DNA of 64,000 nucleotides from Heterostelium pallidum (taxonomy: Eukaryota). This document shows positions 41,017 to 51,706 of the stretch, piece after piece. Location of the stretch: assembly GCF_000004825.1 (NCBI RefSeq), contig NW_008805072.1:684435-748434 (forward strand), given 5' to 3'. How positions within the stretch are numbered: the first letter of the stretch is position 1; the number at the start of each line of letters is the position of its first letter. The position numbers and the translations under genes were made by a program. Under the pieces are notes generated by a model. The model did not search any database, was not told the origin of the DNA, and saw only the letters and a program-made list of their open reading frames with translations.

Positions 41017-42642
41017 TTCGCCTATCTATAATAATATAATCTCTTTTGTTATAGTGTAAGATAGAAATATTTAATAGTAATAATAATAATAACAATCAAC
41101 TACAAACAAAAAATTAAAATCAATCAATAAAGAGAAAATTTTAAATGGCGCCAAATCTAAATTTTCGTCAACGGACAAATTTTTAAAATTTGGAGGGATA
41201 AATTTTTTATTTAATTTAAAATGGTAAAACAGATGAGTATTCTAATCTAATATTTCGAAGATAGAACAATCATTTAACAATCAAATTATATACTTTATTT
41301 AATCATTTTTTTTCAAATTTAATTTAAGTTTATTATACATATAAATCTATTTCAATTTAAACATAAAATGGTCCTGTAGTGTTTATACTTTATTAGACTT
41401 GGTCGCAATAACATAAAAAAAAGTCACTGACCAATTTGAAAAGATTGCTTATTGTTAAATAGCTATCAATAAATTCTAACAAGATATTTAGGTTTCAATG
41501 GAAATATTTATAAAAGATGTTTTCGATGTCACCATATAAATCTGACAATCAAAATAAGTGTATTACAGTGAATATAATCTGAATCGAAGTCAGATGCCCA
41601 ATAACAAAAAGTTTTTGTTTTTTTTTTTTTCATTTTTCACAACAAATTTTCTTAGAGTCATAATACCCATTGGGTTGGTTGGGTTTGCTCAAAAAAAGCA
41701 AAACTTCTCATAATAATATGTGAGTCCATATTAAATTGCACTCACTTTTCTGAAACCATTTGAACCAATCCAAAGAGGTTTTTTTTGGATTTATAATTAA
41801 TTATTTTCAAAAATATCCAATATAATTATCATTCTAACTTTTAAAATAAACATAATAGTTTTTTTGTACAATACTTAATCAGTAAAATTATATTTATTTA
41901 TTTATTTATTTATTTAATTGTATTTTTATATTTAAAACAAATATCATTCTGTAGTGAGTGAAATTAACCAACATCAACAAATCTCAATATTATTTTTATC
42001 TTTACAATATTAATTATATTAATAGCAAAACAATAAAGAAAAGATGGCTACAAAAGTATGTGTTCTCATAAAAATATATATTTAAACGAATTGTATAATT
42101 CTATCAACTCTATCTATTGCGCTCGTATATCTTATTATAATCATATTTGTTAAACAAGGTGAAGTTATATTATCACAAAGTAAATTCGCTAAAATTATAC
42201 CAACCCCAACTACAACTCTAATCTCTGCACTGTTTCCGTTTATTTTATTTGATTTTCATCGATAAAGTAAACCCACCACAAATTGATTTGAAATCACGCA
42301 TAATATCACAACCACACTGTTTTATTTACATTAAAAAAACAATCGTTTATATTGCAATTATCACACACACACAACCACACAAATTTTAATATTACAACCT
42401 GATTATAATGAAAATATTGGTTTGGTTTGAATGTGAAATGAACTGAGTTGAATTTGATTGGACGTCCTTTGCAATAAAATAAAAACAAAAACAAAACAAA
42501 CAAAACAAACAAACTAATCCAATAATTATAATCATAAAATCAAAATCATTATTGTTTAGAATTACTATTGTTAACAACAACAATATTCTCTATCTTTTCA
42601 AAATCTTATTTCTTTTCACTCAAAGAATAAAAACTAACTAAA

Positions 42643-43973
42643 ATGTCAACTGTTTCCACCACTTTAAATAAACCACCAACCACTGGAAAACCAATTACAA
42701 TTAAAAAGTCATTTGGATCCTCAGAGAAATGCACTGTTTGTTCAAAGACTGTTTATAGTACTGAAAGATTGGCTGCCGATGAGCGTATCTTTCACAAAGC
42801 CTGTTTCAGATGTGCAGTTTGTAACAATGTCTTAAAGCTTGGAAGTTTTGCTTCCATGCAATCAAAATCATACTGTAAACCATGTTTCAAGAAATTGTTC
42901 TTTACTAAAGGGTATGTAAAAATAAATCAATATAATATATATTTACAAATTTCAAATACTAATTAATATAAAAAAGTAATTATTCTGAGGGATTCGGTCA
43001 ACTCAAACCACAACATCAACATGATTTAAAGAAGGGTACACCAACTGTTACAGTTGTAACACCACCTCCACCACCTGTAAACTCATCGGCTGCTCAACAA
43101 CCAGAGCCAGTCACTCCAGCTCCAACTCCAGCACCAAAGCCAGTTGTTGCATCAACACCAGCTCCAGCACCAGTTACAGCTACACCCACACCAAAACCAG
43201 TTGTTGCAGCTACACCAGCACCAAAACCAGTCGTTGCATCAACACCAACACCAAAACCGGTCGTTGCATCAACACCAGCACCAAAGCCAGTCGTTGCATC
43301 GACACCAGCACCAAAGCCAGTTGCAACCACTACATCGGCACCAAAATCATTTGCCAAGCCAACTGTCTCATCTTCACCAGTATCACCGGATAAGCCATCT
43401 ACAACAACAACAACTACTTCTACCCTCAACAAACCAGCTACTCAACCACCAAAATATGTATATGGTAACTTCCAAGGTCTCAAAGATTTCACAAAGCCAG
43501 CAAATCCAGAAGGCAAACGAAACTTTACAATCAATAGATCCGGATCTAAATCACAAGAGAAATTAGTTCCAACACCAGCACCAGCTTCAACACCAGCACC
43601 AGTTTCAAAACCAGTTGTTACACCAGCACCAAAACCAACACCAGTTGTTACACCAGCCCCAGTTGTTGAGGAACCAACTCCAGCACCAGTTGTTGAGGAG
43701 CCAACACCAGCACCAGTTGTTGTTGAAGAACCAACCCCAGAACCAACTCCAGTTGTTGAAGAGCCAACTCCAGCAGTTGAGGAATCAATTCCAGAGCCAC
43801 CATTAGAAGAACCAACTACAGTTGTTGAAGAGCCAACTCCAGTAGTTGAGGAACCAACTCCAGTCTCTGAAGAGCACGTTGATATTCCAATCACCATGGA
43901 AGACGAAGAAACAAACATTGAAGAAACAGTTTCACTATCAAACAATGAGTCAGCTGAGGTTGTTGCTGCTTAA
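42643..43973 (+). CDS. LIM-domain protein (CRP-like single LIM) with long Pro-rich repeat arrays; CDS join(42643..42911,42977..43973)
   Basis: LIM consensus CTVCSKTVYSTERLAADERIFHKACFRCAVCNNVLKLGSFASMQSKSYCKPCF. A 65-nt intron runs from GTATGT to AAAAAG. After the intron come six PAPKPVVA(S/A)T repeats and then about eight PAPVVEEPT repeats. Confidence 0.8.
43130..43870 (+). repeat. Two coding tandem-repeat arrays in the LIM gene: about 36-nt units (PAPKPVVASTPA) at 43130-43340, and about 33-nt units (PAPVVEEPT) at 43600-43870
   Basis: The periodicity ccagcaccaaagccagttgttgcatcaaca is visible by eye. Antisense ORFs in the track show the same periodicity. Confidence 0.85.
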
Positions 43974-44316
43974 TTGATCCCAATAAATGTTTATATTATA
44001 TATTTATTTATCTACAACATCTTTTAAAACTTTTTTTTTTTTTTGATATTTAAAGATGATATTTTGATTTTTTTACATATTTTGGGAAATATCTCTCGGA
44101 GTTTGTAGTTGTTGAATAGGTTACACAAAACATTGTAAAACATTTTAATATCAAATCAATAATATCATGATCAAGTGAACGATTTATTAGATTCTACAAA
44201 AAGAATCAAATAAAAATCATTATGATTCACATATTATTTTAATTCTTTATTGATAAAAGGATGAAGCTTTTCACTTAACAACCTAATAAATTTTTAATAT
44301 TATATACATATATATA

Positions 44317-46095
44317 ATGAAATTATCACAAATTAATTGTACAGTTCATACTGATGAACCATTTATTTTATTTTGTAAAAAATGTAATACTTTGGTTTGT
44401 TCAGAGTGTATGTGTAGTACTCATCAACAACACACCACAATCTCTATAAAAACACATTTACAAGAGAGAAAAGAATCTATCGATACCACAACAAAGAAGC
44501 TAGCGGTATTCGATAATCTAAAGTGGTTCGCTGAGCAACATGCTCATGTCACTGAGAATGAATCGAAATCACTGTTGATTTTCGATGAACTCACCAAGTT
44601 GATCAATAACTACAAGTTCAAATACGAAACCAATATCAAAAGACAAAAGAATCTCCTCGAAGACTACGCCAAAGTCCAATACTCCTACTTGGAGCAACTG
44701 AATCAAGTTTCACTGTCTGCCACCACCAACGAAGTCAATTCAGAAACAGCTAAAGTGTCCATCGGTGACATCCACACTCTATCGAAATCGTTACAACAGA
44801 ATATTGAAATATCCAAGTTTGTTTTGGATATTAGAAATTCCGCTATGTTGGAGGAGCTTCTCGTTGCCACTGCCATCAAAGGATACAAACCATCGATATC
44901 TCTCACCATCGAACAAATGCTCGCCATTGTCGAGTCAATCGATCCAAGCTCACCACCATTCAGTAAAGCCTACGATGTAAATTGTGAAACCACAGTAGAT
45001 GTATCATCCGATTACATTAGCCAATTCTCCAACTTATTAAAAGAGTCGGTAAAGTTAAAATCCGATAACTTTATTTCTCCACATTCTTCATCTACTTCCA
45101 TTTTATCAGAGGTTTTAGCTCCCGATAGAATCGCCGCTAAACCACTTACTAAACTCTATTGTGTACAAGCAAATAAGATTGTCGGTTCCGGTGCAGGCAA
45201 TCCAAGATCAATAGCAGTTATAGACCTGGAGGTGAACAAGATCAATATGGAATGGGCATTTTTCAGTCGCTCCAAAGCCTATAGCTCTGCTCCTATCCTT
45301 TTGAATAACAAGTTCTATACGCTAGGCGGTGATATAATGGAAAAATCTACATTTGAGGTGTATAATATCAATACAAAGTCTTCTACTATCCACAACCTAG
45401 GAAAAGTTGTTGGTTCTAATTTGGCTTGTGATTCCGATGGTCAACGTCATATCTACATAACCAATTCCGATCGTGGAAAGTACGAAGAGTTCATAAGAGA
45501 TTCCTACGATGATCTTGACAGTAGTTACCACACTGGCCACAAAGTTATCAGTGGAACCGAAGCCGATTTAACCATTGAACGATTAGATGTTGTAACCGGT
45601 GAATTCAAGGTGGTTGGAAATTTAAAGGAGAAATCGGGTCTGATCTATACGCATTTGATTTACTCTGCCAAGTACAATTCACTGATAATCTTCAACAATA
45701 AGAAAATCCACAAACTCGATCTCTCAAAGTCATCGTTGGGCTACCAAAATGTTTCAGTCGAAATTGGTTCAACTTTGGCGATCTACGAAAGTGCCAAGCT
45801 TAGTTTAGTCTACGATGGAGACGATAAGATCTATTTCAATTCGATTGGAGATCGTAATTTCTGTGTTCTCAATATCAGTGATAACAGTCTCACCGCACTA
45901 CCACAGCACTCCGAGGCAATTCGAGCACTTGCCTACGATAAGTACACCAACCAGATTATCATAGCGATATCCTATAGACAACCACACAAGCTTGGATACT
46001 ACAACTGCAATACCAACAAGGTAGAAGTATCCAATCGTCAATTAGAAATACCATCAAATATATTCTTTCATTCATTGATTGTAGCTGAAAAATAG
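44317..46095 (+). CDS. B-box zinc finger plus coiled-coil plus C-terminal Kelch/NHL-like beta-propeller protein (TRIM-like, no RING); single exon
   Basis: N-terminal B-box CTVHTDEPFILFCKKCNTLVCSECMCSTHQQH, then about 150 aa of heptad-rich sequence. The C-terminal half has repeated hydrophobic-blade motifs (FYTLGGD, IYITNSD, LIIFNN, KIYFNSIGD). Confidence 0.75.
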   Translation: MKLSQINCTVHTDEPFILFCKKCNTLVCSECMCSTHQQHTTISIKTHLQERKESIDTTTKKLAVFDNLKWFAEQHAHVTENESKSLLIFDELTKLINNYKFKYETNIKRQKNLLEDYAKVQYSYLEQLNQVSLSATTNEVNSETAKVSIGDIHTLSKSLQQNIEISKFVLDIRNSAMLEELLVATAIKGYKPSISLTIEQMLAIVESIDPSSPPFSKAYDVNCETTVDVSSDYISQFSNLLKESVKLKSDNFISPHSSSTSILSEVLAPDRIAAKPLTKLYCVQANKIVGSGAGNPRSIAVIDLEVNKINMEWAFFSRSKAYSSAPILLNNKFYTLGGDIMEKSTFEVYNINTKSSTIHNLGKVVGSNLACDSDGQRHIYITNSDRGKYEEFIRDSYDDLDSSYHTGHKVISGTEADLTIERLDVVTGEFKVVGNLKEKSGLIYTHLIYSAKYNSLIIFNNKKIHKLDLSKSSLGYQNVSVEIGSTLAIYESAKLSLVYDGDDKIYFNSIGDRNFCVLNISDNSLTALPQHSEAIRALAYDKYTNQIIIAISYRQPHKLGYYNCNTNKVEVSNRQLEIPSNIFFHSLIVAEK

Positions 46096-46283
46096 GAAAT
46101 CATAAAGTTTATTTTTGGATTATCAAATTTCACAAAGACAAACATCCATCATAAATCCCTAACCTTTTTTACCAATTTGATTTTAAGAAAGTGAATAACA
46201 AATCTTTTAAAAAATAAAATAAAATAAATATAATCTTTTTATATATCTTCCAAATAGTATGTATGTAATAATCTTTCTATTTT

Positions 46284-47170
46284 CTAGCTGCAGAACATTC
46301 CATTTAATTTTAATTTAATTTCCTGTTTTTTATTTCTCATGTTATTTTTTTTTTTTACTTGTATTGTACAACATCTTCTGTTTGCTTTTTTCGCTTGTTT
46401 TAGAAATACTTTGCTTTTTGCACTTAGTTCGTTGGATTGCTGTAGTAAATCTTCCATTTTAGCATTGTTCTGTAATGCTGCTTCTATATTTTTGTGCTAA
46501 TAGAGATGGAGATTTTGTTAGATTTATTTGTTGTTTTGTTTTGTGAGATTGTGATTATATAAAGATGATCAACGACATACCATAACCATAGTGACTTCAT
46601 TTACTTGATTTTGTACTTCACCAACTCTATCAATACCTGCAGGATTGGCATATTTCGTCAATATATTCTGAAGTTGTGGGAATTGACCACCGATGATACC
46701 CTTGGTGAAATTTAGGTACTCACGCATCATCTCGGAAAGACATCTTGCTGCTACTCTCTCTGGATATTCTTGATCTGTATATACAACACCTCTAAATAAT
46801 AGATTAAGAAATTAATATATATACTATCAATGTGGTTATGTTTAATAATCACAATATCATTAACATACCCAAAATCTTCTCTACAATCTACGTATGCCAT
46901 ATAACCTTCATGTGGTACACTACACTTTGAATTTACATTGAATCTATCTATAAAAATTTTACTTGATGCCAATAACACCTCTTTAATTCTAATAGATATA
47001 GAGTAGAGTGAGTGTGATATGATATCAGTAAAATTACTCTAAATTTATCTTTAATGTGATAGAGATAGAACATACGTTCCACGTTGTAAGAAACCAAATG
47101 AATTTAAATCCCATACATGATCGATTATAGTTCCACCTCTTCTAGATAAAACTAAAGCTAAAATCTTCAT
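46284..47170 (-). CDS. ykt6: SNARE Ykt6 (longin domain plus R-SNARE); CDS join(47076..47170,46869..46988,46581..46791,46284..46496); the C-terminal end is uncertain
   Basis: MKILALVLS...FGFLQRGT|IKEVLLASSKIFIDRF ~ human YKT6 longin domain. DFGGGVVYTDQEYPERVAARCL ~ AGVVIADNEYPSRVAF. SNARE motif EDLLQQSNELSAKSKVFLKQAKKANRRCCTIQ ~ DDLVSKSEVLGTQSKAFYKTARKQNSCCAIM. Introns are 87, 77 and 84 nt with GTATGT donors. The expected CCaaX end is followed by 24 more codons rather than a stop. Confidence 0.8.
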
Positions 47171-47650
47171 CTCTTTTGACTTTTAATTGATAATGTAACA
47201 AATATAGTAATTAAAACTAAAAATAATTTAAATGAATAAATAAAGAGTATATATTATATATTTATCGTTTTAATAAATAAATAAATACAATGTAGAAAAG
47301 TTAACAACAATTTGTTAATTTATATAATGTGAATGAATGTATGAAGAATTAATATAAACAAATATGTAAAGTTTTGAGGGAGTGGTCAAAAACTCATAAC
47401 AAAAATAAATATGAGAAAATATGATTTAAAAAAAAATCGGTGAATTTATTTAAATGAAGTTGAATGGATCGTTGCAATTTTCTTGAAAAAATGAAACCTT
47501 TGAAGTACTTCATTGAATAAAATTTGATTAATATCTATAGATTAAGATATATTATCTTTGATTAGTTATTTTTTTTTTTTTTGTTTTTTTTTTTCAAAAG
47601 GAAGAGAAAAACATATTTTATTAATATAATTGATTCTCTCTCACACACTC

Positions 47651-49360
47651 TCATTGTTTTGTTAATCTTAAGAATCTGCATAAGAATGTAAGTCCTCTAA
47701 GTGTACGTTCACGATGTAATAGCGGTACTACAATGTCAGAGGCTGCGCATAAAATACGGTAGGCGGTAACTATTCTGCCTGGTGTTGGGAATGGCCAGAG
47801 TGTTTTGAAGATACCGTAGAATGCAACGGCAAAGAAGTGCATTGCCAGCACGCTTGGTTTCGGACGGAGACCAGAGAGCAATGCTACCGGTCCAGCAGAG
47901 AACTCACCACCGAGACTCAGATATCCGAGACATGCCTTTCTGAGGTGCTCGTTGTCCGCCGAGAACACCTTGTAGAGTGCACCGGCCAGAACATTGAGGG
48001 TGGAAGCGAGTGGTGTACGTTGTCGTTGGAACTCCTTCATGACTGCGTCCATCTTTTGTGAGTTGCCAAGATCCTCTGTGCTCAGTGGTGCCAACAGACA
48101 GGTCAGTGTGCGAACATCGGCAATGGCAACGGTCATACCGGCACCGGTAAGCGGATGTCTCATATTCCATGCGTCACCGAGCACTATGACACCCTTCTTG
48201 TCAATCATATCGGGATGCAACCTTGAATTTGGCATCTTTTTAAGCTGTTCATTGCGCAATGACTGTAAAAATGGTTCCCTGAGAGACTCCGGGAGTTGAG
48301 GAGCAGTCTGCTTCTCAAACATGACACGCAGCTGCGAGTTGGGTGGACAAGTCGATCCTGGAACATCGACCAACACTCTAATCTCATTCGATCCGATTCT
48401 ATACATCAAAATGGGTGATGGATCAACCAAAAATACATGACCATGATCTGGGAAAGGTAAATTACAATCTCTAATAATTAAACTATGATTGATTCAATAT
48501 TGTCAACAGATTAGTAAAGTAAAAAACAATGATGCTAGTGGTATACCAAAGTTTAACTAACAACACACTTACCCAACGAAAGTTGATACACAAAGTGGAG
48601 TTTGATTGGTAAGTGATTTACGCAGATTCGAGAAACAACCATCCACTACGATCGTAAGTGGAGCGAATGCTTCACGCTCTATTAGCTGTGGTTTGTCGTT
48701 GTCGGTGAGTGCATCACCACCGAGCAGTTGAGTTGTATATTTGATACCGACAATGGTGTTTGACGAATCGTCTTCGATGAGTGATTTGACAGTGCCCTGT
48801 ACCAGGTTGACAGCTGCGACCATCGATGCCATATTACGTAGTTTCTGTACGAATCGGCCGTGGTGAAAGCTGAAACCGTTGGCAACCTTGGCGGGACTGT
48901 TGTTTGATTCACGCGGATATGAAAGACGAACGCCGTCAGTGCCCTTGAAGATACCGTAACCGTAGGCGGGTGTTGCGTCGATGCCGTCGAAGCACTCGCC
49001 CATGCCCAGAGCCTGGAGTGCACGCACACCACCTGGCTGCATCAACTCACCGACAATACGGTCGGGTTCACTCAGGTCACGTTCGACACAGAGCACACGA
49101 CGTCCAGAAACACCGAGAGTTCTGGCAAGAATGGATCCTGCCACACCTGCACCTACAATGATCACATCGAATCTATTATTATTATTATTGGCATCGTCAA
49201 CCGATATATTACTTTTGCTATTGTTATTGTTATCGTTTTGATTTTGATTGTTTTGAGTATGATCATCATTGATTGGTTGTGATTGTGATTGTTCCATTTC
49301 TTGTTGTTCTTGTTGTTGATCAGCTGCTACAGTTACATTAACTTGTTCGGTGTTGATCAT
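47651..49360 (-). CDS. sqle: Squalene monooxygenase (squalene epoxidase); CDS join(48573..49360,47651..48470)
   Basis: FAD-binding DVIIVGAGVAGSILARTL. Collinear with human SQLE through GDAWNMRHPLTGAGMTVAIADV and the C-terminal membrane helices. One 102-nt intron from GTAAGT to AATTATTAG. The N-terminus is Q/N-rich low complexity. Confidence 0.9.
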
Positions 49361-49991
49361 TTCATTGATAGTATAATTAATATACAACTACTACTACTAC
49401 TATTATTATAACTAATATTTATTTATAAAAAAAAGAATGATTATAAACAAATTAAATTAAAAGGACCACCATTTTTTTTTTTTTAAAGATTATTCTGATT
49501 GTTTTTTTTTTTTGTAAAATTTTAATTGAAAAAATATGAATTCAGTAGTTTTTCAGCGTTTTTATCTTTTCATCAAAAAACAAAAAAAAACGAAGTGTCA
49601 AGGCTATGGATTGTTCATTCACCATATAATATTTTGGGAACACGTTGGTTTGTGGTGGTCAACCACAAAACCTCAAATATGGTAAAATTGGAATTGAATA
49701 AGGAAAGAAATGGTGAGACAAAAAAAGTTCAAAATAGATTTTCAAGTTGTGGATGATTAAAAGTTACATCACTTTGAAAAAGGTCCATCAACCACATCTT
49801 TGGTTTTGATTTGACCAAATCGATTTTGATCAAACAAAATTTAATATTATAACTTGATATTTCTTGTGGTGTTTTTTTATAATAATCAAACTCTTCATGA
49901 GTTCAATTTCAAAATTTTGATGATCAAAGAATTAGTTGTTGTTTCTAAACAATTTCATAAATTTAAATGAATTTTAAAAAAAAAATATTGT

Positions 49992-50747
49992 TTATTGCAT
50001 GATCAAGACGAGACCTGATAATAAGAAGAGGGCAAATGATGCGGTGAGGGATGAAGCTGATCCAGTGGTGGTGGTACCAGTGGTATCGGTGGTGGTTCCA
50101 GCGGTGGTAGTGGTTCCGGCGGTGGTGGTGGTTCCGGCAGCGGCTGGACAGTAGGTGGTGGCGATCGACGAAGCTGGGATTGGTTGTCCTTCCTTGCAGT
50201 AGTTACTGAACGATGAACATTGGCTCATCATTGGCATGTCGATGCAGAGTGCACTGTACGCCTTGAAAGCATCGCAGTCCATTGGGGTTCCGCTGACAGA
50301 GGTGTTGTATGGACAGGTGACACAGTCTTTCATCTTTGGCATCTCAGTGCAGATCGAAACGATCTCCTTGTTGACGGTGTCGGTCGATGGCAAACTTGGG
50401 ATGGCAGCTTGAGTCTTGCATTGGTCGACGACAGAGTTGGCACCGCACAACGAGTTGTAGTTGGTACAGGCGTCGGCAGATTTGAAGTCACCAGTGCAAC
50501 CGTCGGCCAAAACAGAGAATGGTGCACAGACACCGGTGCTGAGCTTGGCGGCTAAACAGGTATTGACAATAGAGCACATCACTGCAGAACCATTGTTATT
50601 GGTGCAGAGAGTAGTGATATCAGCGGTAGCATCATAAGTATAGTTTTTGCATGTAGCAACGGTTGGATCGGTAACACATGGATCAACGGCAGATGAACAA
50701 GCAATCAAACAAACAAATGCAATCAAAGCAATTAATGTGAATTTCAT
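49992..50747 (-). CDS. Cys-rich GPI-anchored surface protein (ponticulin-like); single exon
   Basis: Signal peptide MKFTLIALIAFVCLIACSSA, more than 20 Cys, a poly-Thr/Gly stalk (AGTTTTAGTTTTAGTTTD) and a C-terminal hydrophobic GPI-signal-like tail SASSLTASFALFLLSGLVLIMQ*. Confidence 0.7.
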   Translation of the reverse strand: MKFTLIALIAFVCLIACSSAVDPCVTDPTVATCKNYTYDATADITTLCTNNNGSAVMCSIVNTCLAAKLSTGVCAPFSVLADGCTGDFKSADACTNYNSLCGANSVVDQCKTQAAIPSLPSTDTVNKEIVSICTEMPKMKDCVTCPYNTSVSGTPMDCDAFKAYSALCIDMPMMSQCSSFSNYCKEGQPIPASSIATTYCPAAAGTTTTAGTTTTAGTTTDTTGTTTTGSASSLTASFALFLLSGLVLIMQ

Positions 50748-51272
50748 TTTATCTTTTTTGTTTTTGAGTTCAGATTAATAATAATAATTTAAAATATGAT
50801 TGTATTTTGGTTTACGAAGAAGCGTAATTCTTAATTATAATTGTATACAAAGAAGAAGAGGAAGGGAGGAGGAAGGGGAGGAAGAAGGGAGGAGGAAATA
50901 ATGAATAATGGTAATCAAAGATTAGTAGTTTAAGTTTTGTATTGTTTTTGTTTTGGTTCAAAAGAAAAGAAAAAAAAATAGTTTTTATTTAATTTTAATT
51001 ATTTATTAATGTGCCAGAGTGTTTTAAGAATAGCCACAATTTGTCTTTATTATTTAAATGTATTTTTTGATTATTATTTGAAAGTGGGGTATGCATCATA
51101 CTTTGTTTGGGTTTTTTTACCCAAAAAAATTAAAGGGGAATCAAACAACAGACTCAAAATAAAATAGTCTGAGTGATCTTACCTTTTGCAAAAGTAATTC
51201 GTTTTTTTTAATTCTGTTTTATAAATTTTGTTGTTGAAAAAAACTGCCACAAAAGTGCAACCAGGATGTCTA

Positions 51273-51274
<2 letters not shown>

Positions 51275-51303
<29 letters not shown>
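51275..51303. repeat. Poly(A) homopolymer tracts of 26-29 nt in intergenic DNA (also 11338-11363 and 35497-35517)
   Basis: Read directly from the sequence lines. Confidence 0.9.
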
Positions 51304-51305
<2 letters not shown>

Positions 51306-51564
51306 CACACACAGACACAATATTCGCAACTTCATGCAATAATAATTGTGTGTCACTACCGTTGTGGTTGTGATCTTTTTTCTATAGTGCCAAGATTATT
51401 ATTGATCAATACAGGTGTGGTTGACAACTATATGAGTTAGTCGATCCCCATTATAATTATATTTGCATGTGGGATGTGTTTCATAATATTTATATTTATA
51501 TTCGATGATTATGACAATGTTTAAATTAATATTAACTTTTCAAAAGAAATATTTTAGAGGAGTG

Positions 51565-51598
51565 TTGCAATGATTAAGACGAGACCTAATAATAAAAA
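51565..51598 (-). other. Duplicated ~34-bp fragment of the 3' end (GPI-signal codons plus stop) of the ponticulin-like gene, sitting in the next intergenic region
   Basis: ttgcaatgattaagacgagacctaataataaaaa at 51565-51598 versus ttgcatgatcaagacgagacctgataataagaa at 49995-50027 (about 29 of 33 nt identical). Translated on the minus strand it gives ...LLLGLVLIIATLL*. Confidence 0.6.
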
Positions 51599-51706
51599 TG
51601 CACTAGTGTTTCAAAAGGATTGAACGAATCTCAAAGTGACCAATATTTACTTTATTTATAAATTATATTCAAAAATGGCGGATACAATATTATCCACTTT
51701 CTTCTT

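Noticed and set aside
43094-43945. Minus-strand 112-aa and 167-aa ORFs and the + strand His/Gln-rich ORFs (43144..43566, 43615..43806)
   Set aside because: These are alternative frames or the antisense strand of the LIM gene's Pro-rich repeat exon. The periodicity comes from the sense-strand repeats.
49526-49756. 76-aa + strand ORF between the squalene epoxidase and ponticulin-like genes
   Set aside because: No recognisable domain. It lies in the promoter region of a minus-strand gene, and nothing distinguishes it from a chance ORF.
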